A stretch of DNA of 64,000 nt from positions 320,001 to 384,000 of the forward strand of contig CAVOVB010000007.1 of the NCBI GenBank assembly GCA_963699755.1, in the 5' to 3' direction. Made by a program: the position numbers and the translations under genes. This document shows, piece by piece, positions 41,929-51,131 of the stretch (position 1 is the stretch's first letter; the number at the start of each line of letters is the position of its first letter). The notes beneath the pieces were generated by a model. That model made no database searches. It was not told the DNA's origin and saw only the letters and a list, made by a program, of their open reading frames with translations. Origin of the DNA: an uncultured delta proteobacterium. Its GTDB lineage: Bacteria > Myxococcota_A > Polyangia > Polyangiales > Houyiibacteriaceae.

Positions 41929-42330
41929 CTAGACTCCCCCGGTGCCGCCTTGGCCGCCCGCACCTCCCAAGCCACCCATACCGCCCTGGCCGCCCGCACC
42001 TGCCAAGCCGCCCATACCGCCTTGGCCGCCCGCACCTGCCAAGCCCCCCGCACCACCCTGGCCGCCTGCCCCAGCCTGGCCGCCCGCGCCGCCCTCACCG
42101 GCGACGCCGCCGGCACCGCCCGTACCGCCGGCGCCGCTGTCACATTCAACCTGACAGGAGCCCTGCGTGAAGGCGCTGCCCTCGTGACAGCACTTGAGCG
42201 AGCCATTGCACTCGTCATCTTGAAAACAGGTCGTTCCCACATCGCCCGTGCAGGAAAGGGCGAGAAGGAGGAAGACCGGAGGAAGCCAGACCAAAGGTGA
42301 AGTGATTTTGCGCATCAACCGAGCGAGCAT
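41929..42330 (-). CDS. Cys/Gly-rich lipoprotein
   Basis: LALSC lipobox, CFQDDECNGSLKCC module, GAGGQGG repeats. Confidence 0.7.
   Translation of the reverse strand: MLARLMRKITSPLVWLPPVFLLLALSCTGDVGTTCFQDDECNGSLKCCHEGSAFTQGSCQVECDSGAGGTGGAGGVAGEGGAGGQAGAGGQGGAGGLAGAGGQGGMGGLAGAGGQGGMGGLGGAGGQGGTGGV
41947..42075. repeat. 36-nt coding tandem repeat (about 3.5 units)
   Basis: gccttggccgcccgcacct[c/g]ccaagcc[a/g]cccatacc encodes GAGGQGGMGGL[A/G] on the minus strand. Confidence 0.8.
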
Positions 42331-42402
42331 AGCTCAGAGGCCTTCTGGGGGCCACGCTCCCGGCTCGATCGATGGCGGCCCCCCGCTACACTCCGGCCCC
42401 TC

Positions 42403-43341
42403 ATGCCAAGCTCCGACAATCATGCCCCTGCGGCGCGCGCGGGCCGATGTGCCATCGTCGGGCGGCCCAACGTCGGCAAGTCCACGCTGCTCAACGCGAT
42501 CCTCGGGCAGAAGCTCGTGATCGCGACGCCTCGGCCGGGGACGACGCGCTCCTGTGTCTTGGGCGTGTACGCATCGAATGATCCGCCTACGCAGGTCGCC
42601 TTCGTGGACACGCCCGGGCTCGAGCGGCCCAAGGGTGCCCTCGGGCGCGTGCTGATCGACAGCGCAAGGCAGGGGCTCGTAGACTGCGATGCGGTCGTTT
42701 TCGTCACCGAAGCGCCCAAGGCAGGCGAGCCGCTTGCGGTTCACGAAAAGGACCGCTCCGCCTTGAAGGCACTCGAGGCCTCGGACGTGCCGGTGATCCT
42801 CGCGATCAACAAGGTAGACCGGCTCAAAGTGAAAGAGAGGCTCTTTGGGTTCATCGAGGCGTATCGGAACACCCGTCCATTCGCGGCGGTGGTGCCGATC
42901 TCGGCGACTCGGGGCACCAATCTCGACGCGCTGCTTGGCGAGATCCGCGAGACCTTGCCCGAAGGGCTTCTCTACGACGCTGATTTTCTGACCGATAGGC
43001 CCGAGCGCTTCTTCGTGAGCGAGCTCGTTCGCGAGGCGGCGATGCTCAACACGCGGCAGGAAGTCCCGTATGGAATCGCTTGCGATCTCGAGAGCTATCG
43101 GGAGGAGGGCGCACTGCTTCGGATCGAAGGCGTGCTCATCGTGGAAAAGGCAAGCCACAAGGCCATCGTGATCGGAAGTCGAGGCGAGACGATCAAAAAG
43201 ATCAGCACCGAAGCGCGCCAGCAGATCGAAGCGTTCTTGGAGCGGAAGGTGTATCTGCGTTTGTGGGTGAAGGTTGTCCCGGGATGGACCCGCGACCCGA
43301 CCAAGGTCCGCGAGCTCGCAATCGAAGAGGGTCCGTCATGA
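42403..43341 (+). CDS. era: GTPase Era
   Basis: GRPNVGKSTL, DTPG, NKVD, QEVPY, KH domain IVIGSRG. Confidence 0.95.
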   Translation: MPSSDNHAPAARAGRCAIVGRPNVGKSTLLNAILGQKLVIATPRPGTTRSCVLGVYASNDPPTQVAFVDTPGLERPKGALGRVLIDSARQGLVDCDAVVFVTEAPKAGEPLAVHEKDRSALKALEASDVPVILAINKVDRLKVKERLFGFIEAYRNTRPFAAVVPISATRGTNLDALLGEIRETLPEGLLYDADFLTDRPERFFVSELVREAAMLNTRQEVPYGIACDLESYREEGALLRIEGVLIVEKASHKAIVIGSRGETIKKISTEARQQIEAFLERKVYLRLWVKVVPGWTRDPTKVRELAIEEGPS

Positions 43342-44714
43342 GCGGGCGACGGCGCGACCAGGCCCGGAGACCGGCCGGCTCGATCGTCAACAAGCCCCTA
43401 GTGGCCATCGTCGGCCGTCCCAACGTGGGCAAGAGCACGCTCTTCAATCGCTTGGCCGGACAGCAGATCGCCATCGTCGAGGATATTCCAGGGGTGACGC
43501 GGGACCGTCACTACGCCGACGCTTTTGCATTTGGTCGCGAGTTTGTTCTAATCGACACCGGTGGCTTCGACCCGGAGAGCGACGATCCGATGAAGGCCGG
43601 TATCACCAGCCAGGTTCGACTGGCGCTCGAAGAGTGCGACGTCGTCGTCTGCGTGGTGGATGCAAGCGTTGACCCACTTCCCGCGGACCGCGAAGCGGTC
43701 GCGCTCCTCCGTGACGCGGGCAAGCCCGTAATCTTCGTAGCCAACAAGGCAGACTCACAGGCGAGGGAGCACTACGCGGTGTCGTACTACGAGCTCGGCA
43801 TCGACTCAATCATGCCGATCTCCGCGCTTCACGGGCGAGGCATCGGCGACTTGGAAGAGGCCATCTTTCATCGGCTTCCCGAGGTGTTGGAGGTGACCGA
43901 GCCAGAGCTAGACGTCCCGCGCGTCGCGATCATCGGCCGGCCAAACGCCGGAAAGTCTTCCTTGGTGAATCAGCTCTGCGGACAGGAGCGTCAGCTGGTC
44001 GACGATCGGCCCGGGACCACCGTCGACAGCATCGACACGCTCGTCGAGCGCGACGGAAACAGCTTGATCTTGATCGACACGGCCGGGATTCGCCGAAAGC
44101 GAAGCGTGAAGAAGCGCGGCATCGAAGGCTTGAGCGTCCTGCAAGCGATCAGGTCGATCGAACGCAGCCACCTGGTGGTGCTCGTGATCGACGCGGAAGG
44201 CGGCGTCGGTGAGCAGGACGCGAAGATAGCCGGCCTCGCACATGACAGGGGGCGCGCGTTGGTCATCGCGCTCAACAAGACGGACCTCCTCAATCGCGAC
44301 GCTCAGAAGAAGGCGATGGATCGAACCCGCGAGGTGCTGGCGTTCGTACCGTGGGCGCCGATGGTGACGATCAGCGCGCTCGAGGGACGGGGGATCAACG
44401 CGCTGCTAGGCCGCGTCGATGATGCGGTCGCCGAGCATCGAAAGCGAATCGGCACCGGCGAGCTCAATCGCTTTTTCGAGGAAGTGCTCGAGAAGCACCC
44501 TCCCCCGACGATGCACCACCGCTCCGTTCGACTTTACTACATCACCCAGGCGAGCGTCGCGCCACCTACATTCGTGATCATGACGAACTCGCCGAAGGAC
44601 GTGCACTTCAGCTATCAGCGCTACGTGGTCAATCAGATCCGCAAGCGCTTCGGCTTCAAGGGAACCCCGATCCGCGTCCGGTACCGCGGCAAGAAGAGCC
44701 GGAAAGAGAAATAG
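43338..44714 (+). CDS. der: Ribosome biogenesis GTPase Der
   Basis: Two G domains (GRPNVGKS/DTGG and GRPNAGKS/DTAGIRR); C-terminal FGFKGTPI. Confidence 0.96.
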   Translation: MSGRRRDQARRPAGSIVNKPLVAIVGRPNVGKSTLFNRLAGQQIAIVEDIPGVTRDRHYADAFAFGREFVLIDTGGFDPESDDPMKAGITSQVRLALEECDVVVCVVDASVDPLPADREAVALLRDAGKPVIFVANKADSQAREHYAVSYYELGIDSIMPISALHGRGIGDLEEAIFHRLPEVLEVTEPELDVPRVAIIGRPNAGKSSLVNQLCGQERQLVDDRPGTTVDSIDTLVERDGNSLILIDTAGIRRKRSVKKRGIEGLSVLQAIRSIERSHLVVLVIDAEGGVGEQDAKIAGLAHDRGRALVIALNKTDLLNRDAQKKAMDRTREVLAFVPWAPMVTISALEGRGINALLGRVDDAVAEHRKRIGTGELNRFFEEVLEKHPPPTMHHRSVRLYYITQASVAPPTFVIMTNSPKDVHFSYQRYVVNQIRKRFGFKGTPIRVRYRGKKSRKEK

Positions 44715-45794
44715 CTAGGCGCGCAGCGTTTTGAGAGACCGGCGCTCTTCACGCGCAGCGGGATTGCCGAGCTGGCCGCAGGCAGCCATGACGCTGCGGC
44801 CTTTGGTCACTCGCTCACGCACGGGCAAGCCCTCGGCGCGGAGCCAGCCAATGAAGCGCTCGACCTCTGCGTCTTCTGGCGCGCGTGTGAGCGGCTTCGA
44901 GCCTGGATTGTAAGGAATGAGGTTGACCAGAACTCGATCCAGGGGCTTGCAGAACGCCGCGACGTCACGGGCGTCGGCCTCGCCGTCGTTGATACCCGGT
45001 AGCAGGCAATAGTTCACGCCGAGGGCGAAGTTGCGGCGCGGCCGGTACGCGGTGAGAGCTTTCTGGAGCTCTGCGAGATCGGTTCTGCGATTGATCGGCA
45101 TCAGCTCGTTTCGAAGAGAATCCCGTGCAGCGTTCAAGCTGATCGAGAGGTTGAGCCGCTTGAACCCGAGCTGGTCGAGCATACGAATTCCTTCGACATG
45201 GCCGACCGTGCAAATCGTCAGACGCTCTTGACCGATTGCCAGGCCCGCCTCGTCGTTCAAGACCCGCAAGGCCTGGAGCACGTTCTCCGGATTGTCGAGC
45301 GCCTCGCCCATCCCCATGAAGACGATGTTGCGAATCCGCCAGCCGAGCTGATGCCTTGCGACGAGCAACTGTGCGATGATCTCTTCGGTTCGGAGTTGGC
45401 GGAGCAAGCCCATCCGCCCGGTCTCACAAAACCCACAGCCCATCTTGCAGCCGACCTGACTCGAGATACACAAAGTGTATCGGCCGCGTCCCATCGGGAT
45501 GCGCACCGACTCGACTTCGAGCCCATCCTGGAGTCGCAAGACCATCTTCGAGGTTGCGCCGTAATCACCTTCGTCGGATTGGACGGATACGAGCGCGGGG
45601 AGCTCGAACGAAAACTCCGAACGCCAGGCCCGGGCGGCCTCGGTGCCGAGCCCGAAGCATTCCGGCTCAAAACGGCCCTCGTGCATCACCTGCCGATGGA
45701 TCCGCCGAGCCACTCCATGACCACGAGCGAGCACAGCCTTCGCGCGTTCGGCCAAGTCTGCGTTGCTGAGGCCGTGAATGGCTTGCCGGGTCAT
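44715..45794 (-). CDS. rlmN: 23S rRNA m2A2503 methyltransferase (radical SAM)
   Basis: CISSQVGCKMGCGFC, FMGMGE, VNLIPYNP, AACGQL. Confidence 0.9.
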   Translation of the reverse strand: MTRQAIHGLSNADLAERAKAVLARGHGVARRIHRQVMHEGRFEPECFGLGTEAARAWRSEFSFELPALVSVQSDEGDYGATSKMVLRLQDGLEVESVRIPMGRGRYTLCISSQVGCKMGCGFCETGRMGLLRQLRTEEIIAQLLVARHQLGWRIRNIVFMGMGEALDNPENVLQALRVLNDEAGLAIGQERLTICTVGHVEGIRMLDQLGFKRLNLSISLNAARDSLRNELMPINRRTDLAELQKALTAYRPRRNFALGVNYCLLPGINDGEADARDVAAFCKPLDRVLVNLIPYNPGSKPLTRAPEDAEVERFIGWLRAEGLPVRERVTKGRSVMAACGQLGNPAAREERRSLKTLRA

Positions 45795-45795
45795 C

Positions 45796-46233
45796 TCATT
45801 CTTGGACTAGAAGAAAGTGCGCAGTGGCTACGGCGACCGGGCGCTTCGGGTCCTGCTGATACGCGAATACGCGGACGTTGGCGACGCGCCTCCCGCGACG
45901 CGTAAACTCTGCTCGAGCGAACACATCCTCCGGACGCGCGCCCCGGAGGTACTCGACGGTGATGTTGATCGTCTTTGGGACTGTGGTCGTTTCTCCGTGC
46001 CAGAGCAATTTGAAGATCGCGGTTGACTCCATTAGCGCGCCCAGCGTGCCGCCGTGAAGCGCGGGCACGTTCGCATTGCCGATGAGGTGGCCCGAATAGC
46101 GCATTCGGCCAATGACATCGCCGTCCACCAGCTCGCCGCTGATGCCCATGAACCGAGCGTAGGGGATCGCATCGTTGAGCGGCCCGAAGTCGCCGGTGTC
46201 GCGAACGGCGATGACGGCATCACGAAGCCTCAT
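45796..46233 (-). CDS. PaaI family thioesterase
   Basis: LIGN..VPALHGGTLGALME, KTINITVEYLR. Confidence 0.85.
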   Translation of the reverse strand: MRLRDAVIAVRDTGDFGPLNDAIPYARFMGISGELVDGDVIGRMRYSGHLIGNANVPALHGGTLGALMESTAIFKLLWHGETTTVPKTINITVEYLRGARPEDVFARAEFTRRGRRVANVRVFAYQQDPKRPVAVATAHFLLVQE

Positions 46234-46709
46234 TCGGCTCCCCCGTCCTCGCTCCGTCGTCCTTCGTCTGGGAAAATGACGAATGTACCCGAGGCCGTTG
46301 CAATGGGGTTTGCCCGGTCGCCGTGGTGCGCCTTCGCGCGGACGAACGCGACGTGCCGGGTGACTTTGTAGCAATGGGCGCTGCAAATGACCTCTTGGTG
46401 TGGCAGCGCCGGCCGGACGTAGTCGATTCGAAGATCGAGGGTTGCGATGCGCCTGGGTGCGACCAAAGACATGATGACGGCGCCGCCGCAGGTCGCGTCG
46501 ATCAAGCTGGTGATGCAGCCTCCGTGCAGGACGCCGGTCTCGGGATTGCCCACGAGGTCGTCTCGATACGGAAGGGCGAGCGAAAGATGCTCTGGCCTGT
46601 AATCGACGACTCGAAGATTCAAGGCCTGATTGTGAGGGACTGCGCCGACATAGCGCCCCTCGAGACGCCGCCTGATTTCATCCTTCTGCGGAAGGAAGGA
46701 GTCGGTCAT
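46230..46709 (-). CDS. PaaI family thioesterase
   Basis: LVGNPETGVLHGG...LIDATCG, ATLDLRIDYVRPA. Confidence 0.88.
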   Translation of the reverse strand: MTDSFLPQKDEIRRRLEGRYVGAVPHNQALNLRVVDYRPEHLSLALPYRDDLVGNPETGVLHGGCITSLIDATCGGAVIMSLVAPRRIATLDLRIDYVRPALPHQEVICSAHCYKVTRHVAFVRAKAHHGDRANPIATASGTFVIFPDEGRRSEDGGAE

Positions 46710-46753
46710 GGGTGACCCTAGCAGCCCTAGGCCACTTGGCTCAAGGTGCGACG

Positions 46754-47167
46754 CTAGACTCGGGGTGGAGGTGGCGGTGTGAGCTGCTCGCTCAGCCAGC
46801 CGTCGGAGGATACGAACTCCACGCCACTCATGGCCTTGGAAGCCAAAAGATCGGGGTGATCGGTGAGGACCCTCGCCACCCCAGCGGCCTTTGCGAGAGC
46901 GACGAGGGCATCGCTCCAGTCTTCGATGAAGAACTGGTCGGTTTCGACGATGTCGACGAGCTCTAGGATGATCTTCATCTGTGTTGCAACCGCGTCATCT
47001 TTGAATTCCGGAAGCGCATGCAGCATCGACTCGACGCGCTCCAAGACCCACGCCGAGGCTTTTGGCTTACCGGAACCCGCGAAGGCGCGACGGACCGCCC
47101 GCTCGGGCGGAGAGCCAAGCGCGATTGAGGCGTTTACATAGATGTCGGGGGCCAGAACCACGTCCAT
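46754..47167 (-). CDS. PIN-domain-like protein (degenerate)
   Basis: MDVVLAPDIYVNA, DWSDALVALAKAAG...LTDHPDLL resemble the PIN_3 layout. Confidence 0.5.
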   Translation of the reverse strand: MDVVLAPDIYVNASIALGSPPERAVRRAFAGSGKPKASAWVLERVESMLHALPEFKDDAVATQMKIILELVDIVETDQFFIEDWSDALVALAKAAGVARVLTDHPDLLASKAMSGVEFVSSDGWLSEQLTPPPPPRV

Positions 47168-47230
47168 ATGAAAAGCCTAGCACGCCGCATGGAGGCTTGA
47201 CATCGTTCTGACCGGCGGTAGTCGTCGTGG

Positions 47231-48250
47231 ATGAAGGCAGTCTGGATTCCAATGTACGGAACGCCCGATGTTCTCGACCTTCGTGAGAGCGAAGATCCAA
47301 ACCCCGGCCCGGGCGAGGTTAGAATTCGTGTACGCGCGTCCGGAATCAACTTTGCGGACATCATGGCCCGGCAAGGTCTCTATCAGGACGCACCTCCGCC
47401 CCCGATGGTCGTCGGATACGAGGTATCGGGCATCATTGATGGCGTGGGTGAAGGCGTCAACAATAGACAGGAAGGTCAGCGAGTTCTGGCGATGACCCGG
47501 TTCGGTGGCTACGCGGACGAGGTCTGTGTCGACGCGACGCACGCTTTCCCGATGCCGGAGAACATGAGCTTCGAAGAGGGCGCTGCACTTCCCGTCACGT
47601 ACCTGACTGCGTATCAGATGCTCTTCAATGTGTTTCGCGTGAGAGCAGGGGATCACGTTTTGATCCACCAAGCCGCAGGCGGCGTGGGGACGGCAGCGAG
47701 TCAGCTCTGTCGATCGGTCGGCGGCGTCACGACCTACGGCACCGCATCGAAGGCCAAGCACGACTATGTGCGGGACAACGGTTGCGACCACGCGATCGAC
47801 TACCACACGAGCGACTACGCGAACGAGATTCGCCGGCTGACCAATGGCCGCGGAGTCGACTGCGTGCTCGACGCGCTTGGTGGCGCCGACTGGAAAAAGG
47901 GGTACTCCCTGCTTCGGCCTGGCGGGCTTCTCATTCCGTTTGGCTGGGCGAACATGGCCAAGTCCGGCAAGCGCCGAATGAGCCACGTGGTCAGCCAGCT
48001 CACACGCCTTCCCTGGTGGACGCCCATCCGACTGATGCACGAAAACAAGGGCGTCGCCGGCGTCAACATGGGACGTCTTTGGGGTGAGCACGAGCTACTC
48101 GCCGAGGCGCTTGGCGCCCTGATGAGGCTGTACGATCGAGGCTTGATCAAGCCACATGTCGATCGCTCCTTTGCCTTCGAGGATGCTGCCGAGGCGCATG
48201 CCTATATCGAAGCTGGCCAAAACAAAGGGAAGGTCCTACTGACGCCATAG
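47231..48250 (+). CDS. VAT-1-like medium-chain reductase (quinone oxidoreductase family)
   Basis: GINFADIMARQGLY, HQAAGGVG, NKGKVLL. Confidence 0.88.
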   Translation: MKAVWIPMYGTPDVLDLRESEDPNPGPGEVRIRVRASGINFADIMARQGLYQDAPPPPMVVGYEVSGIIDGVGEGVNNRQEGQRVLAMTRFGGYADEVCVDATHAFPMPENMSFEEGAALPVTYLTAYQMLFNVFRVRAGDHVLIHQAAGGVGTAASQLCRSVGGVTTYGTASKAKHDYVRDNGCDHAIDYHTSDYANEIRRLTNGRGVDCVLDALGGADWKKGYSLLRPGGLLIPFGWANMAKSGKRRMSHVVSQLTRLPWWTPIRLMHENKGVAGVNMGRLWGEHELLAEALGALMRLYDRGLIKPHVDRSFAFEDAAEAHAYIEAGQNKGKVLLTP

Positions 48251-48252
48251 TC

Positions 48253-48735
48253 ATGCCTGTTCGTGTCTGCTTCGTTTGCCTTGGGAACATTTGCCGCTCT
48301 CCGACCGCGGAGGCGACCCTGCGTCGGCTCGTCGTCCACGAGCGGCTCGACGCCGAAATCGAGGTCGACAGCGCGGGAACGGGGGACTGGCACGTCGGGG
48401 AGCCTCCCGACCAACGCGCAAGGGCTGCCGCGAAACGCCGTGGTGTGGAGCTTGCTGGACGGGCGCGCGCCGTGGTCGCGAGTGATTTCGAGCGCTTCGA
48501 CTACGTGATCGCAATGGATCGGGTGAATGCACGTGATCTATCGCGGAAGGCACCCAACGATGCGGCGCGGGCGAAAGTCTTTCTTTTCCGAGATTTCGAT
48601 CCGCACTCGCCTAGCGGCGCCGACGTGCCCGACCCGTACTTCGGAGAAGGCGACGGCTTCGAAACCGTGCTCGACCTGTGCGAAGCGGCCTCCCGCGGCC
48701 TCTTGCGGCACATTCGAGAGAATCATCGTCTATGA
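48253..48735 (+). CDS. Low-molecular-weight protein-tyrosine phosphatase
   Basis: FVCLGNICRSP, DSAGT, DVPDPYF. Confidence 0.93.
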   Translation: MPVRVCFVCLGNICRSPTAEATLRRLVVHERLDAEIEVDSAGTGDWHVGEPPDQRARAAAKRRGVELAGRARAVVASDFERFDYVIAMDRVNARDLSRKAPNDAARAKVFLFRDFDPHSPSGADVPDPYFGEGDGFETVLDLCEAASRGLLRHIRENHRL

Positions 48736-49592
48736 CCCCTGAGCTCCGCGCCGTCCTCGAACAGCGTCTCGGAAAGCCGGTACGCGGGGTCAAGCGCCTC
48801 GGCGGCGGCGACATCAACGATGCATTCGAGCTTGCCCTCGGCGATGGAACTTCGGTCTTCGTCAAGACCCACCCGAACCCTCCTGGCGGTATGTTCGAAG
48901 CAGAGGCGCGCGGCCTTCGGTGGCTCGAGGAAGCGGAAGCGATTCGGGTTCCTCTGGTCATTGCTGCATCGGATGGACGGCCGGCTTTCCTGGCCCTAGA
49001 GCTGCTGGCGCCCGCAAAGCGCCGTGCGGATTTTGACGAAGCCCTGGGTCGATCGCTCGCTGCTCTGCACGCATTTGGCGCTCCATCATTCGGGCTCGAC
49101 CACCACAACTTCATCGGTCGACTCGCACAGTTGAACACGGTCACCGACGATTGGGCATCGTTTTACTGGACGTCTCGACTAGAGCCACAACTTCGGCTTG
49201 CCGCAGACCGCGGCCTGGTCGATACCGCGATGCGTAGGAGCTTTGAGGCTCTCGAGCGTGCTCTCCCAGAGCGCGTGGGGCCCCAAGAGCCACCTTCGCG
49301 CCTGCACGGCGACCTCTGGGCAGGAAACCTGCACGTCGATGAAGAGGGCGAAGCTGTCCTGATCGACCCTGCAGTGTACGGCGGCCATCGCGAGGTCGAT
49401 CTCGCGATGATGCGTTTGTTCGGTGGTTTCGGCGAACGCGTCTTCGCCGCGTATCGGGAAGCATGGCCGCTGGCGCCGGGCGCGGCCGAACGGGTTTCTC
49501 TCTACCAGCTCTACCCGCTTCTCGTGCACGTCAACCTGTTTGGCGGGTCCTACATCGGTTCAGTCGAGCGCGCTCTAGCAGACTGCGTCTGA
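48732..49592 (+). CDS. Fructosamine kinase family protein
   Basis: GGGDIN, FVK, LHGDLWAGN, IDPAVYGGHREVDLAM. Confidence 0.92.
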   Translation: MTPELRAVLEQRLGKPVRGVKRLGGGDINDAFELALGDGTSVFVKTHPNPPGGMFEAEARGLRWLEEAEAIRVPLVIAASDGRPAFLALELLAPAKRRADFDEALGRSLAALHAFGAPSFGLDHHNFIGRLAQLNTVTDDWASFYWTSRLEPQLRLAADRGLVDTAMRRSFEALERALPERVGPQEPPSRLHGDLWAGNLHVDEEGEAVLIDPAVYGGHREVDLAMMRLFGGFGERVFAAYREAWPLAPGAAERVSLYQLYPLLVHVNLFGGSYIGSVERALADCV

Positions 49593-49651
49593 GCCGGGCC
49601 GGGGCGATCGCAGTTCTTGACACCTCGGAGCTCGGAGCACAGATACCGGTG

Positions 49652-50080
49652 ATGGATCGCTCGGAAGCAGATGCGCAGATCGCTCGCGAACGCCACGCGC
49701 TGCTCTTGGTCGATCATGGAAGTCGACGCGTCCAGGCCAACGTCCTGCTCGATGAAGTTGCAGCACTGGTCAAGAGTCGACTCGGCGCCGGAACCATCGT
49801 GGAGGCAGCGCACATGGAGCTTGCAGAACCGACGATCGCCAATGGCTTCGCTCGCTGCGTGGAGCAAGGTGCGACGAAGGTGGTGGTGCATCCATTCATG
49901 CTAGCGCCAGGACGACACGCGACCGAGGACCTTCCGCGTCTCGTCGCCGAAGCCGCGGCCCGGCACCAGGGTGTGAGCTTCGCGATGGCGGGCCCACTCG
50001 GCAGTCATGCCGGCGTCATCGACGCGGTGATCGAACGCTGCCAATCGGTGCTTTCCCAGGCCGAGCCTTCGGAACGCTAG
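49652..50080 (+). CDS. Single-domain CbiX/SirB sirohydrochlorin chelatase-like protein
   Basis: LVDHGSR, AHMELAEPTI, PFMLAPGRHATEDLP. Confidence 0.85.
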   Translation: MDRSEADAQIARERHALLLVDHGSRRVQANVLLDEVAALVKSRLGAGTIVEAAHMELAEPTIANGFARCVEQGATKVVVHPFMLAPGRHATEDLPRLVAEAAARHQGVSFAMAGPLGSHAGVIDAVIERCQSVLSQAEPSER

Positions 50081-51051
50081 GGTATCAAAACGACTTTTCC
50101 CGTCGTTTCACGGCCCCCGAGCGCAGCCAGGGCGGCCTCGGCATCTTCGAGCGGGTATCTCGCAGAGACCAGTGGGGCGATTTTTCCTTCCGAATGCAGG
50201 GCATGAATGGCTTCCTGGGCTTGCTGGAGGACCGCTGGATTCTTCTGGAAGTAGAGACCCCAGTGCAAGCCGACCAAGGAGAAGTTCTTCACCATGACTC
50301 GGCTCATCTTCGCGGTGGGGATTCGGCCGCTCGCAAAGCCTACGATCAGAATCCTCCCTTCGAACGCAACACACTTGGTCGAGAGGTCAAAAATGTCCCC
50401 GCCGACCGGGTCGTAGATCACATCTGCTCCGCGCCCATCCGTCAGTTCCTTGACGCGCTTGATCCAGTTCTCTTCACGATAGTTGATGACTTCGCCCGCT
50501 CCGTTTCGTTTCGCAAGCGCGAGCTTGTCGGCAGTCCCGGCCGTTCCGATGACCTTCGCCCCGAGCGCGGCTCCGATCTGAACCGCTGCGAGCCCGACAC
50601 CGCCCGCCGCTGCATGCACCAGGAGCGTTTCGCCTTTCCGTAGGTTTGCACGATGCACCAAGCCAACGTACGAAGTCTGATAGACGAGGCCGAGCGCAGC
50701 GCCTTCCTCGAAGCTCATCCCCGCAGGAATGGGAAAGACGCGGGCTTCGGGTGCAGCCAATGTCGACGCGAAGCCACCGTACTCCAACAAAGCGCTCACC
50801 CGGTCTCCGACCGAGAAACGCGAAACACCTTCGCCCAGCTCGCGTACGATGCCGGCAACCTCGGCGCCGGGTGAGAACGGAAGCTCCGGTTGGATCTGGT
50901 ACTTACCTTCGGTGATCAGAGTGTCGAAGAAGTTGCAGCCCACCGCTTTCACATCGATGACCAACTCGCCCGGGCCAGCGTTCACCTCGCCCAGCTCTTC
51001 ACGCTCCAAGGCGGCCGGACCGGCCAGCTCGCGTACGACCATCCTGTACAT
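50077..51051 (-). CDS. NADPH:quinone oxidoreductase family protein
   Basis: NFFDTLITEGKYQ...PFSPGAE, HAAAGGVG, GFASG. Confidence 0.9.
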   Translation of the reverse strand: MYRMVVRELAGPAALEREELGEVNAGPGELVIDVKAVGCNFFDTLITEGKYQIQPELPFSPGAEVAGIVRELGEGVSRFSVGDRVSALLEYGGFASTLAAPEARVFPIPAGMSFEEGAALGLVYQTSYVGLVHRANLRKGETLLVHAAAGGVGLAAVQIGAALGAKVIGTAGTADKLALAKRNGAGEVINYREENWIKRVKELTDGRGADVIYDPVGGDIFDLSTKCVAFEGRILIVGFASGRIPTAKMSRVMVKNFSLVGLHWGLYFQKNPAVLQQAQEAIHALHSEGKIAPLVSARYPLEDAEAALAALGGRETTGKVVLIP

Positions 51052-51131
51052 GGGCGCGGAGTTTGCCCTCAAAAACACGGCAAGACTAGGGAGTCGGGCC
51101 AAAAACCCGCAGGTGCTGGTATAAGTAGACG

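Noticed and set aside
41947..42075. 36-nt repeats as a CRISPR array
   Set aside because: Head-to-tail repeats with no spacers, in-frame Gly-rich coding, no cas genes.
45796..46709. Tandem PaaI thioesterases as a novel system
   Set aside because: Common, well-known paired arrangement.
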